A stretch of DNA of 64,000 bases from a virus. The stretch is from positions 3,309 through 67,308 of IMG/VR virus record IMGVR_UViG_3300032046_000021; one strand, 5' to 3'. Positions 46,867 through 54,892 of this stretch are shown here, piece by piece. A model generated the notes under the pieces. That model was not told the origin of the DNA. It ran no database searches and saw nothing but the letters and a program-made list of their open reading frames with translations. Position 1 is the first letter of the stretch, and each line of letters opens with the position of its first letter. The position numbers were made by a program, and so were the translations under genes.

Positions 46867-47871
46867 TTATGGTGCTGTGATCCTGTTCTGTAGCGTTGCA
46901 GACAACAGGTTGGTACTACCCGAAACAGTTCCACGATATCCCTTGAAGCTTACTGTTTGCATGATTTTGTCTCTGAGTTCAATTGGTGCATCAACAGCTG
47001 TTAGAACTATGTTCGGACATAGTATGCGGCATCGGTATTTCAGAAGTACTGCTGGTGTCGGCAAAGCATCACCGTTGAGATCAAGATCCAATGCAACTGG
47101 TACTGGCGCTTGTATTGGTCCTGCACCACTTGAAACACCTGTCCAGAAGTATCCTTGCGCGTCCCAATCTGAGAACAGTAGATCCATTTCGCCTTCCAAT
47201 GTTCCTTCACCTGGCACGAAGCATTTGAGTAGGTAGTCAGTCATAGCATACATATCGTCAGGTATCTTTCTCGTGTAGGTCAGGCTTATAGCGTCAACGT
47301 TCGTTATTTCCGGAGTCTGGCCTGGTTGAGCCCAATAGAGCTTTCCGTCGATTGCGAAGAATGGTCTTACGGTACTTACTGTTCCTAATGCTGTTGCTAC
47401 GACTTTTGCGTCTTTCTGTCCGAGCATACTGAACGTAGCACTGACTGGATCACCTGTACGTGCTTCAATACGCATGCTGATTGGAATGCAGCTAATGAAT
47501 TGATGGGCACTAACGATAGCTGCGCATACATCTGGTACCTTGTAGTATGTTCCGAACTTTAGTGTATCAGAGGGTAAGAAAATGTGCGAATAGTTTCCTG
47601 TAGCTCCATCTTGTGCTGAAGTTGGCGTTCCACCAAATAGGTGCTTGAACAGTTTCATTAAGTTGTCGGCAGAAGCCCACATTGCGATGTCGCCTACACA
47701 TTTGTACTGTCCAGGAGCCATGTATTGCGGACCGGAATAGATCATACTAGGTGCAGCAATGAATTCTCTTTCCGGATGCAGGCCTATTGACCTTACATCA
47801 AGAAACGTGGTCGGCGGCGTCACTGGGGTTCCAAATACGGTCTCGTCTGCTATTGCTAGATGTCTTGGCAA
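46867..47871 (-). CDS. Tail tube (major tail) protein, copy 1
   Basis: Highly similar tandem paralog of 45858..46853; TTG start with SD GGAGGTGA. Confidence 0.8.
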   Translation of the reverse strand: MPRHLAIADETVFGTPVTPPTTFLDVRSIGLHPEREFIAAPSMIYSGPQYMAPGQYKCVGDIAMWASADNLMKLFKHLFGGTPTSAQDGATGNYSHIFLPSDTLKFGTYYKVPDVCAAIVSAHQFISCIPISMRIEARTGDPVSATFSMLGQKDAKVVATALGTVSTVRPFFAIDGKLYWAQPGQTPEITNVDAISLTYTRKIPDDMYAMTDYLLKCFVPGEGTLEGEMDLLFSDWDAQGYFWTGVSSGAGPIQAPVPVALDLDLNGDALPTPAVLLKYRCRILCPNIVLTAVDAPIELRDKIMQTVSFKGYRGTVSGSTNLLSATLQNRITAP

Positions 47872-48031
47872 TTTCTTTCACCTCCTCTACAATTTCAAAC
47901 TGGCCAGATTCGATCAATATTTCAGCTTTTTCTAGGGGTACTTCTTTAACTTCGCCTGGCACGAAGTTAATGCCTTGTGCTTCACCAGCATAGGCCCCGT
48001 TGTATTTCACGAACACTTTGTCTTTCACCAT
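47798..48031 (-). CDS. Small virion-associated protein
   Basis: VKYNG...F.PGEVKEVP.E.AE.LI.SG.F pattern typical of small head/tail accessory proteins. Confidence 0.55.
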   Translation of the reverse strand: MVKDKVFVKYNGAYAGEAQGINFVPGEVKEVPLEKAEILIESGQFEIVEEVKEIAKTSSNSRRDRIWNPSDAADHVS

Positions 48032-48035
48032 TTTC

Positions 48036-48476
48036 TCATGTCCTTATTTTATGGACGATGATACGCAGTCCTATCCAGTGTCCCTCAACACCTTCACCAA
48101 GACCCCTCCAGTTGGGTATTATTTGTTGCGCTTCGAGACCACATGCTGTACTACTGAGGGTTCTATCCGCAATCAACGCGTCGTAGATTTTACCAACCAA
48201 CTCGAGGAGTGTCATATAGCCTTGTTTGGGATCAGGGTCATTAGTTACTATCCCGAAATCAAAAACAAAGTCATTGATATCGGAAAGGAATGTTAGAGGC
48301 TTAATGTTTATTGGTAATGGACAGACGTAGCAACTGGGATAGTTGTCAGGCGGGTATTTTTCGCCGTAAAAGACGTGACTGTTGAAGACTTTGTTTCCAT
48401 CAGTGTCTTTAAGTCCATCAGCTAAGGTGACTAGTGCATCCCAGACTGCAACGTAATCAGCATACCATGTGGTCAT
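48036..48476 (-). CDS. Tail terminator-like protein
   Basis: Size and position; YPSCYV...IYDALIADRTL. Confidence 0.65.
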   Translation of the reverse strand: MTTWYADYVAVWDALVTLADGLKDTDGNKVFNSHVFYGEKYPPDNYPSCYVCPLPINIKPLTFLSDINDFVFDFGIVTNDPDPKQGYMTLLELVGKIYDALIADRTLSSTACGLEAQQIIPNWRGLGEGVEGHWIGLRIIVHKIRT

Positions 48477-49282
48477 GTGTGGAAACCTCGTTTAATTTCA
48501 TCGCGAGTAAACTGAAGCATAATTGGTTTAAGGGAGTCCGCCATTTTTTGACGGAAGTGTTGGGCTTTGATGCCAGGATGAGAACCTATATTCCCTCTTC
48601 TCATACCAGCAGCATAAGCCATTAATTCCGCCTCTCTTTCTTTTTTACTACGCTTCCACGCCTCCCCTTCTTTTGGTGATTTCCCCCAAGGTTCGCCTGA
48701 GCGCCATTGAACCGCGTGAGCAAGCTCGTGTCTTATTACATGCTTTTTTTCTGTACCAGTAAGTTCTTCTGCTATAAATGCAAATCCAGGACCTCTACCT
48801 TTAGTCCCACCTTTCTTTAGTTTGGTCATTGACACTTTAGGTTTAAGTAATCCTCCCGGCACAAACTTTCCTTTTGCTGCTAACATTTCCTCAGGCATTT
48901 CCCCTATAGGAGTAGTTAGAGCTGCACGTGCACCTTCCATATGCCAACTTTTTGCTTCTCTGTAGACTTGTTGACGGGGTCCCAAGTTACCTTTTACCAA
49001 CCTTTTCCCAATTGTTGGCACGTATCGACCCGTACTCTCCTTTGTCCCTTCATCAACAAACTTCGCATACTCCGCCCCCCAATAAAATCTCACCGACCTC
49101 TCCGTCTGCTCACTCCTAAACGATGCCTGGAGTTGTCCGGTTTTACCTTTAGGAACAATCTCAGAGTTGAGCCTATTTGCTTCTTCAACCACTCTATTAA
49201 TCGCATTATTAATGAGTGCACCCGGCTTTACATTCAGCCATCGTACCTTTCCGCTCACGCTGATGGTTAGTCGAGCACTCAT
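48473..49282 (-). CDS. HK97 gp10-like tail-completion protein with an inserted HExxH domain
   Basis: VP..TGQLQAS...AEYAKFVDEGT...HPGIKAQHF, with an internal VIRHELAHAVQ. Confidence 0.7.
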   Translation of the reverse strand: MSARLTISVSGKVRWLNVKPGALINNAINRVVEEANRLNSEIVPKGKTGQLQASFRSEQTERSVRFYWGAEYAKFVDEGTKESTGRYVPTIGKRLVKGNLGPRQQVYREAKSWHMEGARAALTTPIGEMPEEMLAAKGKFVPGGLLKPKVSMTKLKKGGTKGRGPGFAFIAEELTGTEKKHVIRHELAHAVQWRSGEPWGKSPKEGEAWKRSKKEREAELMAYAAGMRRGNIGSHPGIKAQHFRQKMADSLKPIMLQFTRDEIKRGFHT

Positions 49283-49317
49283 GTTGTCGCCTCTTTCTAT
49301 TATGCGTTGATTGCTTA

Positions 49318-49806
49318 TTATATTTTGTTGTTTATCTGTTTAGCTTGTACTTCCTGTAGGGTATTATTAGTTATTATCCAGAACCGTATTTTAGGTAAAA
49401 TTGTTTTCATCCAAGCCATTTCTTCATAAAACCTCTCTGTATCAATAATAAACCACACTTCCTCATATTGACGTAGATATCTAATACATTGTCCAATTCC
49501 GGTAGCGAAACAACTGTAACCATAGACGCCTCTACGTGTGTACTTGACCTCAACAGCTATTTTACTATCAATTATAATATCAGGTCTAGGACCTTTAATA
49601 CTAACATCACTATCATACGAGTACCATTCTGGCACTGCATCGTAACCTTGACTGATTAATTGAATAGTTACTTTACAAACAAGAACATCTTCATCAACAG
49701 CCTCGCAGAGACATTTCGAAAGCTTCCTCGTTTTCACCTGTATCCTGTCAAGTGCACTATTTAAAATAGTATTACATCTTTCTACCTTATTAACAGGTAC
49801 TGGCAT
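49318..49806 (-). CDS. PD-(D/E)XK nuclease, paralog of 10214..10867
   Basis: RPDIIIDSKIAVEVKY...GIGQCIRY. Confidence 0.75.
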   Translation of the reverse strand: MPVPVNKVERCNTILNSALDRIQVKTRKLSKCLCEAVDEDVLVCKVTIQLISQGYDAVPEWYSYDSDVSIKGPRPDIIIDSKIAVEVKYTRRGVYGYSCFATGIGQCIRYLRQYEEVWFIIDTERFYEEMAWMKTILPKIRFWIITNNTLQEVQAKQINNKI

Positions 49807-49825
49807 TTTAGTTACACCTTATAGT

Positions 49826-50206
49826 TTAGACTTCGTAATTCCCGTTCTGAACTTCAGTTATCAATGATATTGCGCTTCCGATTATGGGTCTATTTGCGAC
49901 AGTTCCCCTCATTGCTAAGCCTAGAAAGTACCCTGCAAACCTCTCGTAAATCTGTAAGTTCATTAGTACTGGCGCGGGCAACATTCCTGCAGTTCTCTCA
50001 TACTTAGCTGCATATGCAAGATAGACCTGGTGGCCAGCGATTGCAAGTATAGCGTTATCAACAGATGCAACAGTTGCAACCCCCGACTTCTCCGCATCCA
50101 CTTGTGCAGTTGCTAAATCAATCCATCTCTGAATAACCTCATCATGAACTCTATCATCTGAGAGATTATCCAAATACTCTCTAACTGCCTTGATCTCAAC
50201 AGTCAC
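49826..50206 (-). CDS. Head-tail adaptor-like protein
   Basis: MTVEIKAVREYL...DEVIQRWIDLA...VD helical pattern. Confidence 0.6.
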   Translation of the reverse strand: MTVEIKAVREYLDNLSDDRVHDEVIQRWIDLATAQVDAEKSGVATVASVDNAILAIAGHQVYLAYAAKYERTAGMLPAPVLMNLQIYERFAGYFLGLAMRGTVANRPIIGSAISLITEVQNGNYEV

Positions 50207-50216
50207 ATTATCCCTC

Positions 50217-50528
50217 CTATGCAGTTGGTTCCTTATCTACCACTTGCCAAACAAACTCTAGAGTATGTTCGACAACTCCAGCTTTTTCGAATACGAACAT
50301 TCCATAGTAGGTACCGGGGGTAACGTTAAAGTCCGCAGCGATAGGTACGAAAGTGATTCTAGTGTCTGGACTAATGAAGGTGATTGTACAGCTTTTGCCG
50401 TCGATAATTTTGGTTGTTCTCGCTTTATTCCAAACGTATATTTTTCCAGTGCAATCACTGTAGTTCACATTTTCAACTACCCCGGTGTATCCTCGACCGC
50501 AGTCTCCTTTTACTATTTCGAAACTCAT
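50217..50528 (-). CDS. BppU/Ig-like virion protein
   Basis: IVKGD...ADFNVTPGTYYGMF. Confidence 0.55.
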   Translation of the reverse strand: MSFEIVKGDCGRGYTGVVENVNYSDCTGKIYVWNKARTTKIIDGKSCTITFISPDTRITFVPIAADFNVTPGTYYGMFVFEKAGVVEHTLEFVWQVVDKEPTA

Positions 50529-50530
50529 TT

Positions 50531-53500
50531 TTAATACTTCCTTGCGAATTTGAGAATCTTCTTAACTATCTTCGATTCAATTATCTTATCAGCTAGTTCG
50601 ATAGTTAGCGTTCGGTTAGCTAGTTTAAGTATCTCAATCATCGCAACAATTATCTTTGTAGCAGTACCAACTGTTGCTATGGTCATTGTTGCTGACACCG
50701 CAACGAAGAACTCTAGGAAGAACTTTCTTCCTTTAGCTATAGCTGTAGTGATAATTTGAGCAGTTACTTTTCTAATGCTCTGGAAAGTTCGCTTCGTACT
50801 TCCAGTCAACGTTGCACTGGAGCTTACGATTCTTCGTATCACGAGTCTTCTGATTGTAGCAGCTGTTTGTGCTAATGTCGCAATACTGGTTCTTACAGTC
50901 ATTCGAAGTCGTCCGGAACTACCAATTAGATTCAAGGTTGCAACTTTGGTTCGCTTAAACACTGCAACCCTTTTAATAGTTGCTACCATTGATAATGTTG
51001 TAGCTTTGAATCGTGTTACAACAGCTAACCTTTTGATTACTGCAGCTAAGTTCAATGTCGCTGAGACCAATCTGAAGAAGGCTCTTGCACTCAGAGCAGA
51101 AGCTGACATTGCCATAGAAGCAGCTGCATGTTTAATAAGTGCACCGATCCTATGAGTTGCTGCACTTATTGTAACACTCGCAGAAGTGAATCTAGTTACT
51201 ATTATACCACGAGCTGTATTTCCTACCATTGTTAAAGTTGCCGATGCTACTGCCATAAGTCCGGATAGTATTTCTATAGTTGCATGAAGGGCAACTACTG
51301 CAGAAGCATATCGTGTGATAATTACTGCACGGAAAGTGCTTCCAACAGTAACTATTGTTGCTATAGCATGTCTTATAGCCAAGAGTGTTGGCTTAGTGAT
51401 AGCGATCAATGTCATTCCTGCAATTGCTTTGCGTATTGTGACATACAATCTTGCTGGTACGCCCAATACGCTAACAGCTGCTGTAACTCCTCTTGTAAGT
51501 ATCAACTGCTTTATAGTTGTAGCACTAATTGCTAATGAGCCTGCAATACTCCTGGTTAATGCTGTCAATCGTCGTGGCACTCCAGCTAACCCGATTGAAG
51601 CAGCACTTAACTTGGTTACTATGATCGTTCGCATTGCTGTAGCACTAGCAGTGATACTGGCACTCGCAATTGCATATATTCCACTCAGTACCCTAGTAAG
51701 ACCGATTAGACCGATACTTGCCGATGCAAGTTTTGTTACTATGATACTTCTTAAACTAGCACTAACTACAGTTATTGAGGAAACTGTAGATCGGATTGCA
51801 GCTACAAGGCGTGTAGTTGCTCCAGCAGTAGCTACTGATGCAACTGCCGATCTAACAAAGATCAGAATTCGAGTAGCAGTGCCAGTAATAGTTGTTGTAG
51901 CTGAGACTATTCGAACAAACACGCCACTTTTTGCAGTAGTAGCTATCACGCTAAGTGCGCTTGTTACGAACCGAAGAGCTCCTTTCAATTTGCCTGTAAT
52001 TCCCACTAAACCAATGGTAACTGCACTGAATCTAGTTACTACAATTGTTCTTATTGCTGTAGCTGTTGTGGTGATGTGGGCACTAGCAGTAACTATTAAT
52101 CCTGAAAGTGCCTGAGTGATACCTACAAGTCCAATGCTCGCAGATGCTAACTTTGTTACTATGATACTTCTTAGACTTGTACCTGTTGCAGCTATCGATG
52201 CAACTGCAGATCTTATCAGAATTGAGAGTCGTACAGTTGTACCAGAAAGGGTTGTTGCAGCTGAAGCTACTCTTGTAAATACCTTACTCTTTACGACAAT
52301 TGCTGCTATACTAAGTGTACTAGCAGTAGACCGAACAGCCCCTATAAGTCTACTTGTAACTCCAGCTAGACCAATTGAAGCTGCTTTGAATCTAGTTACT
52401 GTAATTGCCCTTACTGATGTGGCAGTTGCAATGATGCTAGCACTGGCACTTACGATTACTCCAGCCAGCACTTCAACAATACCGATTAAACTGACACTTG
52501 CTGATGCGAATCTTGCTACTATAATACTTCTTAAGCCAGTACCAGTTGTAGTTATTGAGGAGATCACAGACCGAATTGCAGCTAGATATCTTATGGTTGC
52601 TCCGGCAGTAGTTATAGATGCAAATGCTGACCTAATCTTAGTTGAAAGCATTATGGTTGTGCCTATTATAGTTATTGTACTAGACACTTTCTTAATGAGT
52701 GCTACTATTCGTGATGCTGCTTCTGCTATTGTAATTGCAGCAGCTGTAAACCTTGTTGTTACTATTGAACGAACAGCAGATCCGACAGCAGTAATTGATG
52801 CTCCTTTAGCCCGTAAGAATAGGACATTACGAACGGTAGACGCAACTGTTTGTATTCCAGCAGCTACATCTCTGAAGAACGCTCTTGCTCCTAATACGCT
52901 TCCTACTAAGCTAACTCCGGCTGCTGCTACCCTAATCGAAATGATACTTCTGATAGTTGCGCTAGTTGTAGTTATTGACGCTATCACACTTCGTATTTTG
53001 GCTTGAAGTGCTCGGGTAGTTGCTGTTAAGGAAAGTGAACTAGTGATCGAACGAGCTGCTGCTAAGACCTTATTAGTAGTTCCTGCGATAGAAACAGCAG
53101 CCAACGTTATCCTTGCCATAAGAGATCTTCGTAAACTTGTAGCAACAATAGTAATGGTTGCAACTACTATTCTAAAGCTAGCTATTACTTTATGTACTGT
53201 ACCAGTGATTGCTACAGTTACTGCAGCAAATCTTGTCAGAACTGCATGTCGTGTTGTGTTTCCTACCATTGACATAGCAGCTGATGCAATAGCATTGAAG
53301 CCTATTGTGCTAAACGCTTTCTCTAATCCGTATATCCATGCAAGTAGAGAAGTCTTTATTGTTGCCACTGCACTCATTGTTGCAGCAGATAATCTAGTGA
53401 ATAACGATGAGCGTACTGCATTTCCAACAACCGATAAAGTGGCTGTCTTAATACGAGTATGGAATGCGTTTCGGATAGCGTTTCCAACTGCCGTTATTGA

Positions 53501-54892
53501 ACTACTTTGAATCCGAGTAAAGGAAACTAGCCTTTTAGTCATACCCACAACTGATAACGTTACACTTTGAAGTCTGTAAGCAGCTTTAGATCGTACTGTT
53601 GATCCTAAAAGTTCGAGCGTGGCCGTAGCATACCGTAAGAACTCCTTTGTTATCTTGAAGCTAATTGCAATACCTGTTAAAGTGAAAGAACTGCTTGCTT
53701 GTCTAATGCGATTCCGTATCCGAGAAGCCGATACAACTATCGCAATACTACCTGATAAAAGTCTAGACAGTACGGTAGTCCGCATTGTACTTCCAGTTAC
53801 AGAAACTGTTCCAACTACCTTTCGTATGAAGCTTTTTATACTCGCAGTTGCACTGGTGAAATTGAGAGTACTAGAGATAAGTCTGGTAAACACTACCGAT
53901 CGAACTGTACTGCCAATAGTCGTGAAAGTACCAGTAACTGAACGCAACAAGCTAGACAACCGTTTCGTAGCTGCTGCAACATTAATTGTTGCTAGACTGA
54001 ATCGTACGGCATTCCTAATGCGTTCTGTGGAACTAGCCATTCCAATTGCAGAAGCTGTTGTTCTTATGGTATTAATCAGTTTAGCAGACTGTCCGACAAG
54101 ATTAGTTGAAACAGCCTTTGTACGGATTAAAACCTGTAATCTTACCGAACTTGCTACTGCAGAAATTGCTGTACTAGCATGTCTGATTACCTGGCTCAAC
54201 TTGGTTATTGTAGCAACTAAACCTAAGGTAGCAGTTTTGGTTCGCGTAAGCAACCGTACCTTTTTTGGAGAACCAATTAATGAAACACTACCAGTTTTGG
54301 ACCTTGAGTGTGTTCCTAATCTTCTCGAAGTTCCTGCAATTGAAAAGGCTCCAACCTTGGAACGTGACATTTGACTAAGCTTAGTAGTTGCACCAGCTAG
54401 TGCAAATGCTGCAACTTTCGGACGTAATGCTCTTAGTAACCTACTCCTTGTTTCGACAATACCGACTGTAGCAGTTTTGCTTCGAGTTACATACCACACT
54501 CTTTTTGCTGTTGTTGTTGTTGTTAATGTTCCAGTTTTTGTTCGTGTTCCTATCCACCCTCGTTTCGTAATTGAAGCTGTTGCTATATTTGCTATAACAG
54601 TTCGTACTAGTAGTGTGATTTTTACTTGCATTCCCCAAGGATAAGTCGCAGTATTGATTGCGATAGTTTTAGTTGCGCTCATTGACGTAACTTTGATAGT
54701 GTCACCATTATCGCAGCTGCTTGCATACCAGTCCGTACGCGTAATAGTGACGTTGTACTCACCTAGACTGTTCGTCTGAACTGTATGCTCTTGTCCTTTA
54801 GTGTCATTTCGGACAGTTACGTTTTCAGCATCTTGTACGACACCGTCTTTCTTAATTACGCCGTAAATGATGTATGGAGTAGTGAGTGTCAT
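50531..54892 (-). CDS. Giant basic Ala/Ser/Thr/Ile/Arg-rich fibre-like protein with a 20-aa period
   Basis: Start reassigned to ATG 54892 (TAATG overlap). Repeat units such as RTKTGTLTTTTTAKRVWYVT / RSKTATVGIVETRSRLLRAL / RPKVAAFALAGATTKLSQMS. Confidence 0.8.
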   Translation of the reverse strand: MTLTTPYIIYGVIKKDGVVQDAENVTVRNDTKGQEHTVQTNSLGEYNVTITRTDWYASSCDNGDTIKVTSMSATKTIAINTATYPWGMQVKITLLVRTVIANIATASITKRGWIGTRTKTGTLTTTTTAKRVWYVTRSKTATVGIVETRSRLLRALRPKVAAFALAGATTKLSQMSRSKVGAFSIAGTSRRLGTHSRSKTGSVSLIGSPKKVRLLTRTKTATLGLVATITKLSQVIRHASTAISAVASSVRLQVLIRTKAVSTNLVGQSAKLINTIRTTASAIGMASSTERIRNAVRFSLATINVAAATKRLSSLLRSVTGTFTTIGSTVRSVVFTRLISSTLNFTSATASIKSFIRKVVGTVSVTGSTMRTTVLSRLLSGSIAIVVSASRIRNRIRQASSSFTLTGIAISFKITKEFLRYATATLELLGSTVRSKAAYRLQSVTLSVVGMTKRLVSFTRIQSSSITAVGNAIRNAFHTRIKTATLSVVGNAVRSSLFTRLSAATMSAVATIKTSLLAWIYGLEKAFSTIGFNAIASAAMSMVGNTTRHAVLTRFAAVTVAITGTVHKVIASFRIVVATITIVATSLRRSLMARITLAAVSIAGTTNKVLAAARSITSSLSLTATTRALQAKIRSVIASITTTSATIRSIISIRVAAAGVSLVGSVLGARAFFRDVAAGIQTVASTVRNVLFLRAKGASITAVGSAVRSIVTTRFTAAAITIAEAASRIVALIKKVSSTITIIGTTIMLSTKIRSAFASITTAGATIRYLAAIRSVISSITTTGTGLRSIIVARFASASVSLIGIVEVLAGVIVSASASIIATATSVRAITVTRFKAASIGLAGVTSRLIGAVRSTASTLSIAAIVVKSKVFTRVASAATTLSGTTVRLSILIRSAVASIAATGTSLRSIIVTKLASASIGLVGITQALSGLIVTASAHITTTATAIRTIVVTRFSAVTIGLVGITGKLKGALRFVTSALSVIATTAKSGVFVRIVSATTTITGTATRILIFVRSAVASVATAGATTRLVAAIRSTVSSITVVSASLRSIIVTKLASASIGLIGLTRVLSGIYAIASASITASATAMRTIIVTKLSAASIGLAGVPRRLTALTRSIAGSLAISATTIKQLILTRGVTAAVSVLGVPARLYVTIRKAIAGMTLIAITKPTLLAIRHAIATIVTVGSTFRAVIITRYASAVVALHATIEILSGLMAVASATLTMVGNTARGIIVTRFTSASVTISAATHRIGALIKHAAASMAMSASALSARAFFRLVSATLNLAAVIKRLAVVTRFKATTLSMVATIKRVAVFKRTKVATLNLIGSSGRLRMTVRTSIATLAQTAATIRRLVIRRIVSSSATLTGSTKRTFQSIRKVTAQIITTAIAKGRKFFLEFFVAVSATMTIATVGTATKIIVAMIEILKLANRTLTIELADKIIESKIVKKILKFARKY

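Noticed and set aside
45858-47871. Diversity-generating retroelement (TR/VR pair)
   Set aside because: Both copies are full-length genes, the differences are not adenine-specific, and no reverse transcriptase is present in the window.
50550-54374. Long plus-strand ORFs (e.g. 51315..52115, 52116..53006, 53619..54374)
   Set aside because: They are antisense shadows of the repetitive Ala/Thr/Ser/Ile-rich gene and lack evident SDs or promoters.
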